The notes: a model not told the origin generated them from the letters alone. A stretch of DNA of 62,982 nt, filler included, from Olpidium bornovanus S191 (GCA_017911155.1; 32 parts of 32 records of this genome joined end to end with filler, not necessarily neighbours in it), one strand, 5' to 3'. Counted from the first letter of the whole stretch, positions 48,430 through 61,314 are shown. Translations and numbers: made by a program.

Positions 48430-49348
48430 TAAGGGACCGACCCGCTGGTTTTTTTACTTTGTATTTTTTTTTTCGGCCCCCTTTCCCCACGTAACATTTT
48501 TTTTCCGTCCCGGTGAACTCGGGAGGGAGAGGGGGAGGGGGGGGGGAAGGGGGGGGCTGGGGGGGGGGGGGGGGGGGGGAAGGGGGAAGGGGGGGGGGGG
48601 GGGGGGGTTTTTCGTTTTTTTTTTTTTTTTTTCGATCCAGGTTGCGAAAAGCAAGCCGAAAAAAAAAACTAATGAACNNNNNNNNNNNNNNNNNNNNNNN
48701 NNNNNNNNNNNNNNNNNNNNNTTAATTAATTAANNNNNNNNNNNNNNNNNNNNNNNNNNNNNNNNNNNNNNNNNNNNCATGATCGACTCCGTCGTCGTCG
48801 ATCAGTCGAAGCAAGAACTGAACTATCGCTTAAGGCGGCGGTATGGTTTTTAGACCGGGGCCGTATAGACCGCGCGGAGTGTGTCGACGGTGGTCGTCCC
48901 CTACCCCCCTTTTCGCATCCAACCCGGCGCTGGACGGCGGCGTCGACGGTGTCGAAAAAGGAGAGGACAGAGTTTTTCGGCGTACCCGCGTTAGACGCTA
49001 GGAGTAGCGCATATATTAGACGTATAATGGTTTTGCAGCGGGAGCGATCTGCCGGGTGGCGGCGTTGATTGTCACCGTAAATCGTCGGACGCACTTGCCG
49101 GTCCCCCAACTGTTTTCGCAGCCAACAATAATAAAAAAAAAGAGAGCGGATGCACAGCCTTTCATTGGATAACGGTTGACCCCTCTGCAAAAGTGCCCGC
49201 ACCGTCACGACGCCATCGTCGTGCCATCATGTCGCCACCGTGCTGTTTGTGCCGCCCTGACGCGGCGCCGTGAGATCGCGGGGACACCGATTCGACATGG
49301 CTCGCCGGCTCAGTGGCTCTGCGAACGGGACGCCGGGGAGCACCAAAA

Positions 49349-49381
<33 letters not shown>

Positions 49382-49604
49382 AACAAGGGAAGAAGAATGT
49401 TGTGTGGTACCACCAATATGTTGCATGGTTGTGTAGCGGGTGACTGAGCCCCGAGGGCGGGGTCCTGAACTTTCCGGCAACAAAGAAGAAGAAGGAAAAT
49501 GGAAGGCCTGAACTTTTCGCAACAAAGAAGAAGAAGGAAAAAAGGAACCCCGGCGTGCCCCCCGCGGGCAATCTCCTTACTGCACGAACTACCGTCCGGT
49601 TTCT

Positions 49605-49643
<39 letters not shown>

Positions 49644-49644
49644 G

Positions 49645-49715
49645 GAGAACGTCTCGAAACTGAGTTCGCTGGAGTGGCTCGGCTTGAGCGATAACAGGCT
49701 GACAAGCATGCAGCC
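49645..49715 (+). CDS. Possible single leucine-rich-repeat exon
   Basis: NVSKLSSLEWLGLSDNRLTSM fits LxxLxxLxLxxNxL, but no other repeats could be assembled. Confidence 0.35.
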
Positions 49716-50969
49716 ACAATGTCGCCGTGATTTGCGCCACACACGACTCACGTTACGGCGTCCTCGACGTTCTGACCTTTGTCTGAGCCACCAGCAGCAG
49801 CCAACGGGCGTTCCCTGCGGTCAGCAANNNNNNNNNNNNNNNNNNNNNNNNNNNNNNNNNNNNNNNNNNNNTTAATTAATTAANNNNNNNNNNNNNNNNN
49901 NNNNNNNNNNNNNNNNNNNNNNNNNNNGTTAGCGCCTCTGAAAAGGATGGAGATGTGGTATAAAAACGGGCTTCGGAAGACTATGGAACAAAGTCAGCAT
50001 CTCTAAACTCCTTAAATTCCAAGTTCTCTCCTCTTCGTCACTTCCATGGCCTGCACGATATCCCTTGCTTTGTTCAACGTTTTCCCCTATTTCTGCCCAA
50101 AAGAGATAGGACCCGGCCCCACATCCCACAAAATTATTCTCTGGCCTTCCTGTTTCATCCTAAGCAGCACACCCGGCGCCGTCTGAGGCATCGTCCGAGA
50201 AGAGAACAAGGGGCAGACCCCGGGTGCCGTGCGAATGCAAGGAAGTCGGCGAAGAGTTGGGACGAAGGTGAAGTTAATAATTGGGGAAGAAGGGCAGGCA
50301 GGCGAGTCCGGGGGGGAGAGAGGGAAATATGTAAGGGGGCGTAGGAATGAGCGCTTCGGTCCTTCGCCAGCCTGCACCCGGCCGGCAGCAAGTACCCCCA
50401 GCAACAGAAGTAGCCGGCGGCAGCAGCGACAGCAGCAGCAGCAGTCAGCGGCAAAACCAGCGAACGCCGCCCACGGCGGCGACGATCCCCCCTTTCTGTG
50501 CCTCTCACCTTTCTCTCTACCAACTTTTCTCACCTCTTTTTTCCCCCTGTCCATCACTCACCTCTCATCTCTCTCTTTTTCTCGCATTTCTCGTCGCTGA
50601 TCTCGCGCGTATCTCCGCTTCACACGCAGCACGGCCACGCGCCACCCTCCGAAACGCCAAAAAAAAAAAAAAAAAAAAAAATAATAATAATAATTCGACG
50701 ATAACGCTCGTAAAACGAAGACGACGCTATCCCCCCGCCCCCTCCGACGCTCCCCTCCACCCTTCTCAAGCCGAAGTCGTGCGCCTCCTCCCGACCGCAC
50801 CGGGAAACAACACCGGGGCCTTCGTTTTTGCAGGAAACATGCAGTGTGAGCCGCCGCCCCTTCGTCTACCTCCGCCTCCCATCCGGCGGCACCAACAAAA
50901 AAAAAGAAGCACGTAGAACGTCCTGACCCTTCCGTTTCCCCCCTTCCTGCCCCGCCCCCGATTCCACAG

Positions 50970-52452
50970 CGAAGGCGGCGAAAAGGCGGTTCAGCAAAGA
51001 CATGATCGGGAAACCGGCGAACTTCGAGTAAGTTTGAAAACAAGCCGCCCGCGTTCGAAAGCAGCTGAAAACCCCGGCTGCTCTGTGCCCCCCCCCCTTT
51101 CCCCAACCCCCCCCCCCACCACCACCACCACCACCACTCCCCTTCCACCCCCCGTTGTTTTTTATTTTGCGGCAGGTTTCTCAGGAGGCGATCAATTTCG
51201 GTTGAGAAAGTTAGGCACCCGGGCGAAAACGTGCTCGGATAGCAGAATCCCACGGCGGCGACCCCCTCTTCTGCAGTCACCCGATGCTAACGCTTGTTCT
51301 CGCAGGCATCGCGTGCATACGGATACGCGTGAGCAGGCGGAGAGCGCGCTGAAAGATATTTCGAGGGGTTCAACATCAAAGCTGGGTGAGTATGGCACGG
51401 CGCAGCCGGAAAGACTCATTGCGTCGTTCCGCCATTTTACGTAACTTCGAGTGCGGGGAATGCTCAAACACAGCCAATTCTTGACACCTGGGTGAAAAAA
51501 CGTCCGTACCAAATCTGAAGACTTCTCGAAGCTGCTGGGCCGAATTGGATCCGTCCGGCACTCTGCCGCCGAAGCGGATTACGTAACGGGGGAACCTGCG
51601 CGACCGAAGTCGCTTCTTTCCGAGCTGCGAGGCGAACTCCATAATTTTATCCCGGGACGATCTTACAGCAATGGGACGGAAAACAGCTGCGTCCAGCCGA
51701 GCGCGGAAAAGAAACCTGGCTTAGCCCGGTCGACGTCTTTGGGGGACATGATCTCCATCCCGGTGACGGGGGAGGCGGAGCAGATGGACACGTCCTCTCA
51801 GTCGGATGCGCGCGAGAGCGGCCTGCGCGCACACCGGCGGGCGAGGGAGGGCGTGTCGCTGGTGACTAAAGAGAGGTCCGTGGCGGCGAAGATCTACTTT
51901 GAAAACTACTTCGACCGGATGCTCAGCGCGCCGCACACCGGCCGGGCCAAGCGGAGGATGCAGCTCGAGGAAAAGCTGCAGAGCATGGATATACCCGACG
52001 CGGAGAAGCGGGCAATCCGCCAGGAGTGGCTGGGCACCGAGAGCGAGCACATGCGCCGCCTGCGCGAGAAAATCTCCGTGGACTCCTTCGACGTTCTGAG
52101 CACCATTGGCAACGGCGCCTTCGGCGTCGTGAAGCTGGTGCGCGAAAAGGCGACTTCGGAGCTCTTCGCCATGAAGGTCATGCGAAAAGTCGACATGCTC
52201 CGCCGCGGCCAGGAGGGCCACGTCCGCGCGGAAAGAGACCTTCTCTCGAAGGCGTCCGAAAGCGCTACGTGGATCGTGAAGCTCGTCTACTCGTTCCAGG
52301 ATTCAGACAACCTTTACCTTGTCATGGAGTACATGGCGGGCGGAGACCTGCTCAGTCTGCTGATAAAGCGAGACGTTTTTGAAGAGGATTTCGCAAAATT
52401 CTACGCCGCCGAGATGGTCACGTGTATAGAGGAAGCGCACAGGCTAGGGTGA
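50970..52452 (+). CDS. NDR-family AGC kinase with an upstream CRIB-like motif; exons 50970-51027, 51306-51385, 51521-52452 (truncated at the fragment end)
   Basis: NTR: TKERSVAAKIYFENYF...RRMQLEEKL...ESEHMRRLREKISVDSF. Kinase: IGNGAFGVVKLV...FAMKVMRK...GQEGHVRAERD...LYLVMEYMAGGDL. The spliced upstream exons give KRRFSKDMIGKPANFEHRVHT, in frame. Confidence 0.92.
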
Positions 52453-52552
52453 NNNNNNNNNNNNNNNNNNNNNNNNNNNNNNNNNNNNNNNNNNNNTTAA
52501 TTAATTAANNNNNNNNNNNNNNNNNNNNNNNNNNNNNNNNNNNNNNNNNNNN

Positions 52553-53793
52553 CTGCAGCACGCAGCGGGGCGTCTTGCGAGTGGTAAGGATTGAGTTCCC
52601 GTTGCCGACGGCAACGTGCGCCGTTCCGCAGAAACTCAACATATCTCACCCGGTCGCACCTAGAACTGCATGGACTGCCTCGACCGGACAAACGTCGTCC
52701 AATCTGCGTTTGCTCGCCAGATGATGTCCACGCAGCTGCACCGCCTGGGCGTCACTAATTCGCCTGAATCGCTGTTCGCCAACGTCACCGTTGACACGCT
52801 ATTCAACCACGGTGAGCACCGAGGGCAGCGGCCGGCTATGCAGGCCATGAGCCGTCCTCCGTTTACTACTCTACGCATGTGCGACTCCAGGCTGACGCAC
52901 GCTCCCCGACGGCTTCTCAGCATGGGCGAACAACGGAGACTCGATCAGCAGGGAATACGCAGGAACCAGCGCGTTGAAAGGCGACTTCACGCGGTAAAGA
53001 AAACAACCCGGCGGGGGTCGCTCGCGGCAAGAATAGAACCGCGGCCCGGTATTGACACGCAAGACGCCAAAAAAAAAACCCCCACAGCACGGGAAAGCGA
53101 AACTTGTTCGGGTTGGTGAACGACGCCTCGAACTCACTGGCACGCATGTACCTGAACACCTTCCGCGATTACTTTCGACAGGTACATAAAGCCGGCCGGA
53201 GGAGCGCTTTGAGCTTCGTCCGGTTTGAATCGCGGAAAAACCCCTTCTGACATTCTTTCACTTTTTCCGCACGACGCCGGCCGGGCCAATCCGTCAACCG
53301 CGCGGGGACTGCGGGTGCGTGTCTGGTTTCGGACGTTTGCGCAGGCGGCTATTGACTTCATGCTGGGGCACCGCACCGCCGACGTGTTCAGAGACGTTGC
53401 GTTCACGAGCGCGCGCGGGGACCCGAACGATCGGATCAGAATTGGCAAGATGAAGGCTGCTGCCAGTAAGCGCCCGATCCGGGTTTTCGCCGAGCGCAAA
53501 GCGCTCGGCGGCCCCCAAGTCCACAGGAACGCTAACCGAATGGAATCTGTCCGCAATCTCTGCCGCAGTCGAGACAAGCACTGAGATTGTGATCCCGGAA
53601 GATGAAACGAAACTCGGCGGCTGGACGGCGCTGTCCCCGGTGTTCCCTTGCTCTCCGACAACAAAGCAGCTGGAGGAGAAAGTTTTGCTCCTTACGGAAC
53701 ACGCCCTGTACGTGTGCACATACCATTTCGAGCTCGAAAAGATCTCGCAATACCGACGCATCGGCCTGACGGACGTGATAAAAATACAGAAAG
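52553..53793 (+). CDS. Sac1-domain phosphoinositide phosphatase with an hSac2 domain (SAC2/INPP5F-like), internal part
   Basis: NCMDCLDRTNVVQS (CX5RT); AGTSALKGDFTR | TGKRNLFGLVNDASNSLARMYLNTFRD; AAIDFMLG; GGWTALSP...EEKVLLLTEHALYVCTYHFELEKI. Confidence 0.92.
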
Positions 53794-53859
53794 GTGCGGT
53801 GACGGCTCCGACTTGGCAGAACGGTTTCTGGGCGCGCTGGGGGTTTTTTTTGTTTGTTT

Positions 53860-53890
<31 letters not shown>

Positions 53891-54078
53891 CTTTGGGGGT
53901 TTCAGGGGGCCCCCCCGGGCATCCCCCTTTCAGGGCCCTTTTTCTCCCCCCCTTCCCCCCCCCCCCCCCCCCAGAGCCNNNNNNNNNNNNNNNNNNNNNN
54001 NNNNNNNNNNNNNNNNNNNNNNTTAATTAATTAANNNNNNNNNNNNNNNNNNNNNNNNNNNNNNNNNNNNNNNNNNNN

Positions 54079-54121
<43 letters not shown>

Positions 54122-54162
54122 GGGAAAAAGGGGGGGGGGGGAAGGGGGGGGGGGGGGAAAAG

Positions 54163-54200
<38 letters not shown>

Positions 54201-54907
54201 AAAAAAGAAGGGGGAGGGGGAGTAAGGGGAGGTTCCCTTCCCGTGATTCGCGGTTGGTCGGTCGACTTCCCCCAGGAGCTCTGCGCGGCACTATCATACT
54301 ACAGTGGGCCTAAACGCGGAACGGCGCCGGACGCCGGAACTCATTTTCCTGACAGCGGAAAACTTTCTGAACGCACTGCGGCCAGGGTTGTTGGCCAGAG
54401 TTGGTTGGTTGACGGCTGGGGCCTGCCGTCACCCTCTGCACTCGCACGGGTGCACACTCCCATAGCTACTCTGACAGCCCAGAAGATGAGTTACTTTTTC
54501 TAAAAAACTTCTCAAGTCGCCGTTTTCCATCCTTCACCAACAGTATTTACCATCCGGCAATTCTACATTGCCTACTGTATTCTATATACTGCAGACGTTT
54601 GCCACGAGTGATCTGCCGTTCGGCTCCTGCTCTGGTAGCTGCTGAGTCAGCTTCCTCCAGTGCAGCCTGCAGGTCAATATCTTCGGCCTCCCTGTCCTCC
54701 TCGGTAGGCTGTGAGTAACTTCCATTGAACTCTTCCCGGTGTCCAGTGTAAAAGTAGTGTTCCCGTTTGCGTTGTCATGTCCCCCCTTTTCTTCCCGCTC
54801 TTTCCTTTTTAGCTCGTTTTCCCCCACCGCACCGAAAACACTAAAACGGAAATGAGAAAAAGGCTCTCCGTGCCGCACACCACATCTGATTGCAACGCCT
54901 AGCCTCC

Positions 54908-55152
54908 TGTTCAAGCAACAGCACGTCCGGGGTCAACGACTCGAGGGACTCGCCGCGCTTGCGCAAGAGACTCCGACTACGAGCCGTCAAAAGGGCCCGG
55001 GCTACACGCCGACGCGCCTATAAAAGACCCAGAACCTCATAGTTCCAGATAGAGCCCCAGAGCCAAAAACTTCGATCTAGACTTAGTCTTTTCCCGACAA
55101 GTTGTCGTCTTGATCGCGCCGAAAGCGCACGACAATAAAACTCTTTGTTACA
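54908..55152 (+). mobile_element. Solo LTR (245 bp) with a 5-bp target-site duplication CCTCC
   Basis: TG...CA termini (TGTTC.../...TGTTACA). CCTCC lies at 54903-54907 and at 55153-55157; TATAAAAG at 55019; AATAAAA at 55134. Confidence 0.85.
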
Positions 55153-55419
55153 CCTCCACCGTGCGAGCGAGTCGCTGTGGGGCCGGCCTGTCTCCGAGGG
55201 CGGAATGTGACAGCACTTGTGGACTCTGGGTCCGAGTGTGGCGTGCCGCCGTGAAAGACCACAAGGGGCTCAAGGCGGGTTCTTTTCATGCGCGAAGACG
55301 ATTGTTCAGCTTGGAGCCCNNNNNNNNNNNNNNNNNNNNNNNNNNNNNNNNNNNNNNNNNNNNTTAATTAATTAANNNNNNNNNNNNNNNNNNNNNNNNN
55401 NNNNNNNNNNNNNNNNNNN

Positions 55420-56468
55420 CGGCAGTGCCCGACCGCCGCAGACGCCCGCACCATACCTCGCCTCCGTTCGACGCGTCCATAGCACCCAAACTGTCTGCGG
55501 CATCGTCCAAGAAGTCATCCTCGCGCAACCTGGCAACATGTTTCTTCTGCAAACGAATAGCTTCGACCTCCTCCTCTTTCGCTTCGTCGAGGTCTGAGTC
55601 AACCTCGTCCGCATCGTAGTACGCTCGCTTGTTGCGGCCCCACCCCGTGCTGTCGAACTCTGCACATTTGATGTCGGAGAAGATTGGAAGTCATGTCAGT
55701 CTCCTCGCCGTGCACCGCGCCTGTGCGGAACACAACCGCTTTCCAGACACGAATTCGCGAGAAGCTCGGTTGCGGACCTTCGTCATCGTTTTTTCGGTTA
55801 TCGTCTTCGGAGGCGAGCCACTCCTGCTCGTCCTCCTCGTCGTCAGCCGTTTCGTCGTCCTCTTCCTCCTCTGACTCTGAACCCAAGTTAAATACTTCCT
55901 CTTCGTCGTCCTCGTCGTCCTCTGCTGCGCAATAGTAACAGGGAAGGCAGCAGCCGAACACGCCGTCGCCACCCAGCGTCAGAGGTTTGCCAAGGAGGGC
56001 ACGGCAAAGAATCCCTCAAAAGCGGGGCCCGCAAACGGTGCTCACCCCGGCCTTGGTTGACGTCGCTGAGCAGGACTTTACCGCGCTGTTCGTGGACTGC
56101 GTAACCAGGTTGCGTCGCCACCCCAACGGACGGACTTTTCGTCAGCAAAAAAAACCTTCACGGGGGCCGGTGTCGCGACCGCGCGCGCTCGTCCCAAGAG
56201 GCCGTCACGAGGAAAGGGGCGCTTCCTTAGCCCTCTGCGCCGCAGGAACCCGCACCACCGCGCGCGCGACCACAAACAGGGCAAACCCACATTCGTCCTC
56301 GGAGTTGTGCTCGATGTCGTCCCAGCCGCCAATGGCTTTTACCGAGTTTGCTCCGCGCGTGAAGAAGTCCGGACCGGCAGCGGAGGAGGGCTCGGCGGCT
56401 TTTCGGGCGGCACGGGCCTCTGGGGCGGCGCCGCCGCCGCGGTGCTCTCTGGACCGCCGCTTCCCCAT
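55420..56468 (-). CDS. SAS10: Sas10/Utp3 SSU processome subunit, 5' part
   Basis: MGKRRSR...IGGWDDIEHNSEDE | HEQRGKVLL | EEEVFNLGSESEEEEDD | GWGRNKRAYYDADEVDSDLDEAKEEEVEAIRLQKKHVARLREDDF. Confidence 0.88.
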
Positions 56469-56816
56469 TTGGCGGGCGGTGGCGGGAGGGGAGGTTCCGA
56501 GCTCTGGACTGCCGCGCGGCAAAAGGCCGGGGGCGGGTGTGTGAGGAGCTTTCCGTCTCTGGAGCGCGGGCTGCTGCTGCTGCTGTCGCTAGGCTCTCTC
56601 TGTCGTCTCTCTGTGCTATCTCTCTCTCTCTCTCTCTCTCTCCCTCTCCGTCTTCCCTCCGCTCTCCTCTCTCTCTCGCGGAGGTGGTGGGTTGGTGGTG
56701 GCGGCGGGTGGGTCAGCAGCGGGCGGGCCCGCCCACAAACACACGCGCTCTTCCCCTCCGAGGGAGAACGAGAGGGAGGGCGGGGGGGGGGGGGCCGGCT
56801 TGACACTCTCCCCAAG

Positions 56817-56860
<44 letters not shown>

Positions 56861-56980
56861 AAAAACACCCCCCCCCCCCCNNNNNNNNNNNNNNNNNNNN
56901 NNNNNNNNNNNNNNNNNNNNNNNNTTAATTAATTAANNNNNNNNNNNNNNNNNNNNNNNNNNNNNNNNNNNNNNNNNNNN

Positions 56981-58460
56981 AATGATGGCCAGGCCGAGAA
57001 GCGCAGAAGCGTCTCGGGGGTGTGTCTGAAGGACGCGATCGTAATACTGGCGCGAGGCTTGAAAATCTCTGCAAAGCGCAGCGGACGACCGATTTCGCAT
57101 GAGCGTCGCCGCGGAAACTACGTCTGCCGGGAATGGCGAAATCTGCCCGAAGGGCTAACTGCTTTCCACAGGAAACTTCGGGGTCGGAGGGACGTTCGCG
57201 ACAACGCGCCTACCTTTTCCAAAAGTACACCTGGGCTATCATGGTCCACAAGCTTAACCACCGGTGCTCCTCGGCATCTGTCTCCTTGACGAGTTGTTCA
57301 GCTCGCAGAAAAGATTCTAAAGCTTTGTCCAGGCTAGCGACGTTTCAGAAAATAGAACGAACAAATGCGGTCGGGGGGGGGGGGGGGGGGAGGGGGGAAG
57401 AGGGGGGGTGGGTCAAAGACGTCTATACTCCGCTATTCGCCATGCCACCCCACACATCACTGGAGCCCTGAAAAAAAATATTCAGATGCAGACCCACTTT
57501 CGCTGCGTATAGAAAAGCACCCCGATCTCATTCCACAGCAGCGGGTCCTTGTCACAAATAGCTTTGCTCTTTTCAAAGTACTGGAAAGCTGAAGTCGGGT
57601 TGTTCGCCGTGGCATATTGCATGCCCATAAAGAGGTGAGGCAGATGTGACCTGTCCAGGTAACGAAGCAAACAAATGACGTTTGACACAGCGTTTGCTAA
57701 GCCTTGGCGCAGGCTCCATGCCGCACACGTGCCATATTGCCAAATCCGGACAGGAAAAAAGAAAGTCACTTTACCCCCTCAGGTATCGCGCTGCTCTTTT
57801 GTAGGACATGAGTGCCTGCTCGTGTTCGCCCTCGAACGCGAATGTGTGCGCGAAGCCTACCCACGCAGGGCCGAAGTCTTTGTCCTTGGTAGACGCTGTG
57901 GCGAAGTGCCGCCGCGCCTCGCCATACTCGCCCTTTGCAAAGTAGAAGCATCCTGCGGCGAACCAGCCGACAGCCTGGTCTGGGTAATGCTCGATGAGGT
58001 CATGCCCACAGCTAAAAAGCTCGTCGTGCTCGCCCCGGTCAAGGAGACATGCGACCTCCAACGACTGGCAGGCGAGGTTGTATGGCTCCCGCCGTTTAAG
58101 GCTTTCGGAAAGCGCAAGCGCAACGTTATGATAAACGAAACGCGCATTTTTTTTCCGGATAACAAATCGCCCACAGCTCCCCTGCTTCGCTTGGCAGCTA
58201 AAAGTACCTCCTGACTACGCGCAATGCCTCCTTGGACCTGCCCTTGGTGTAGAGCGTGTCTGCTTGTGCCACGTAAACCACAGAGTTTTCTCCCAAATTG
58301 TGCGTGTGCTGCAGTTTCTCGACGGCAGATTGGATTCGATCCAACTCTGCATACTACAATTGAAAAACAGGACAGTCAAAGCCCTTGCGATTCAGAGGTC
58401 TTGCAGTTTAGGTTCGTAACGCACCTTTTTGAGATGTGACGTATACAGGCACCTGACATG
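56981..58460 (-). CDS. CDC16: APC/C TPR subunit Cdc16/APC6, internal part
   Basis: GHDLIEHYPDQAVGWFAAGCFYFAKGEYGEARRHFATASTKDKDFGPAWVGFAHTFAFEGEHEQALMSYKRAA...HLPHLFMGMQY...DPLLWNEIGVLFY. Confidence 0.95.
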
Positions 58461-58560
58461 NNNNNNNNNNNNNNNNNNNNNNNNNNNNNNNNNNNNNNNN
58501 NNNNTTAATTAATTAANNNNNNNNNNNNNNNNNNNNNNNNNNNNNNNNNNNNNNNNNNNN

Positions 58561-60350
58561 CATGCGGAGGGCGAGCGCGCGGCGGTTTGCCAGGTAGAAA
58601 TTAAACTTGCGGGCGCTCGCCAGAATGTTAACGACGGTGTGGAAGAATGTTTTGTGATCGTCAAGCTCGACCATCGACTCGATCCTGCCGCGGAGCGCTT
58701 GAACCTCGGCGTCAAAAGCGTCCGCGACCCGGAGCTTGGAATTCTCGGGGTTGAACCTGGCGATTGCCGGACGAAACTGTCAAACCGTCGCAATCAACCT
58801 CGACCCAACAGAACAAGCCGAAATTCCAAGAAGCACCTCTCCAAAAGCAGTCGCACGATCGAACGCGCGAGATTTTCATGCTGTTCCACAAACGAGGTTA
58901 TGTGCTCCTGCGTGAACTGGATGGGACCAAATGCGGCCAGTTAACGTGCACAGTTCCGGTTACATCCGAAGAGCCGGCTGCAAGCGGCTTACCACCAGCG
59001 GCTTGTCTTGGGCCAGCAGCAGGTGCGCCTGCAGATTGCTCGTTCGTAAGTCCGAAGGCACTGCGCCCAGTCCGCCCTCCTTTTCCCTCAAAGGAAAAGA
59101 AAAATAATAATTAGGCGCGAGCCACTTACCAGGCTGCACAGGCACAAGAGGACTTCGCAGTCACCTAAAGTCCACTCTTTATGCGCGTCAAAATACGATA
59201 AAACGTTCTTGTCCAAATAAACAATCCTGTGGCCGACAGCAAACGAAGCGGTAGACAGCTTGCGTTAGGTTACCATTTTGCGGACGGCAGAAGGCCGATT
59301 TCGTGATTGGGCTCGACTCGAAGAAAGCGCGGCTTGTCGGCGATACCTTTTGATGCTCTCGCGGATGTCAATTGCGGTGCGGCAAAGGGGATGAATGGCC
59401 GAGCCGTCGGCATGCCTAATGAAGAGAGTTGCAATGAAAGCGTCTCCTGATTCGTCTGGGAGGCGGATCCTGACGAGCTTCGCCTTGATAACGTCGACTT
59501 CAAGCCTGGTAAGATACCCAACAATTCGATTGAAGTTGTCGTTGAATTCTGACGGTTTGATTACGACAAGAAGGCTGGCTTGGTTGATTTCGCTGGGAGG
59601 GGGTCCAAAAAATGTTCAGCAGGGCAATTCGCGGAGGTCAACCCCGTCCCAAATATGTTTGCCGGCAACCGTACATCGGTGACAAACCGGTGATCGGAGA
59701 AGCTCCAGAAGAAACCTCCACGTAAGCGCCGTCCGTAAGCGAACGCATGATTCTGAAATGGTGCAGTATTGTCGTCTCGGCAGTCGACAGCACGTAGCCG
59801 GGGTCACAGCGTCCCAGGTGCTCCCTGAGTACCTGCTCCAGGTTTGGGATCTCTGCCAGGTCGCCGAAAGAGGAGGCACCCTTCGCGATCGCCGAAATTC
59901 TCTGCTGGTACTCGGGCGGAACGTCCCCTTCGTACTTCGTCGCGGTGGAACCGAACTCGAACACGTCAATGACCTGCGTCGTCGGCATGCCGGTGAATGG
60001 ATGCGGAGCCGCGGCTTTAGCTCATAAATCACGCAAGAGAAGTTCGCGAGCTCTTGAAACAGACCATGCTTGCGTCAGAGGACGTGTAGATTTTCGCCTC
60101 CCTGCTCGGGTTCGACCGTCGTATTAACGTACAGCACATCAGCAGGCGAGGGTGAGCGCGGTTCGGTCAGACAAACGCACACGCTTTCCCCCCCGTTCAC
60201 CTCAGCGGCTTATCTGTGGGCAGGCGCTTCAGGCATCGGCTCAGCAAACCGACAGCGTTTGACGGAGAAAAGAAGGTGTATGTGTCTCCGGACTGAAGCG
60301 TCATTTCCTGGATGATTTTTACGTGCTGTCAGGTCGGAAGCCGAAGTTAC
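58561..60350 (-). CDS. Large NAD-specific glutamate dehydrogenase (GDH-2/GdhB class), N-terminal half, spliced
   Basis: KIYTSSDA..DVFEFG; HLGRCDPGYV; FNRIVGYLTRLEVDVIKAKL; AHLLLAQDKPLV | FTQEHITSFVEQHENLARSIVRLLLE | RFNPE...KFNFYLANRRALALRM, which resembles the TN+Y...A++.RL.P motif preceding the GDH-2 catalytic core. The catalytic core is off the fragment. Confidence 0.68.
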
Positions 60351-61314
60351 NNNNNNNNNNNNNNNNNNNNNNNNNNNNNNNNNNNNNNNNNNNNTTAATT
60401 AATTAANNNNNNNNNNNNNNNNNNNNNNNNNNNNNNNNNNNNNNNNNNNNCATGGGTGAAACGGAGTGAGTGGGACTTTCATCACGTGGGAGAGAGCTGC
60501 GTCATCATTTTTTCTGTCCCGACTGTTCTGAAGGCCATTTTTATCGCGTTGTCACCGGACAAAGCTACTGCCCAACGGGACATCGAGGGACTGAAAAAGG
60601 ACAAGAGATATTTATTCGGCCGTCCTTCCTGTTACGGTTTTTATATTTCGGTGTGCCATAAGCAACGCCGAACCGCCGCTGAAGAACGGCAGGAAGTTTT
60701 TCTTACCCGTGGGTTTTCCTCGCCCCGCACAGCGCGCACGATTTGTGCTCTTTTCCATCAACCGTGCGATCCTCCCGCACGGCTTCTTTTGGCGAGGTTT
60801 CTTAAAGAAGCAAAACACCGACGGCCCTTTCGACGTCAGAGTCTCGTTTATTTACTATGTATCGTCCGCTTGTTTGTTCGGCGGCTTCTCCGACGAGTGG
60901 TGAGACCATTGTGGGCGAACACCGCCCCGCAAACAGCCAAACAAAAGGAAAAAAGGCAAAGAAGTTCGGCTTCCCGAAGTTCCGCCGTCACGTTGTGCAA
61001 CAGGGGGGGCCCAAGAAAAAAAAAATAAAAACAAAGAAAAGTTGTACGCCGGCGGCCGCAAAACAAAAAAAAACGTGCCTTTCCCTGTCCGGCGGAACAT
61101 TTGGTGGAAAGTTACCGGCGCTGTGTCTGAGACACTGTCAAAGAAAGTTTTTCCACAAACTCTAAATTTGTCGAAACCCCCCCGGTTAAAACGACCGAAT
61201 TGGGGCCATTTTGGCTGTTCCGGTGTTTTCCCGCGAAAAATCCCAAAACGGGCCGAAATGGCCTGGCCAAATCACCGCCGCTAACGTCAAAAGTACGCCG
61301 GCGGCCGCAAAACG

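Noticed and set aside
21547-53793. CLPTM1 and the SAC2-like phosphatase as novel animal-like genes
   Set aside because: To my knowledge both families are already widespread in filamentous fungi.
59594-59675. Apparent in-frame TGA (readthrough/selenocysteine) in the GDH ORF
   Set aside because: It is removed by a phase-compatible ~80-nt GTACGG...CAG intron.
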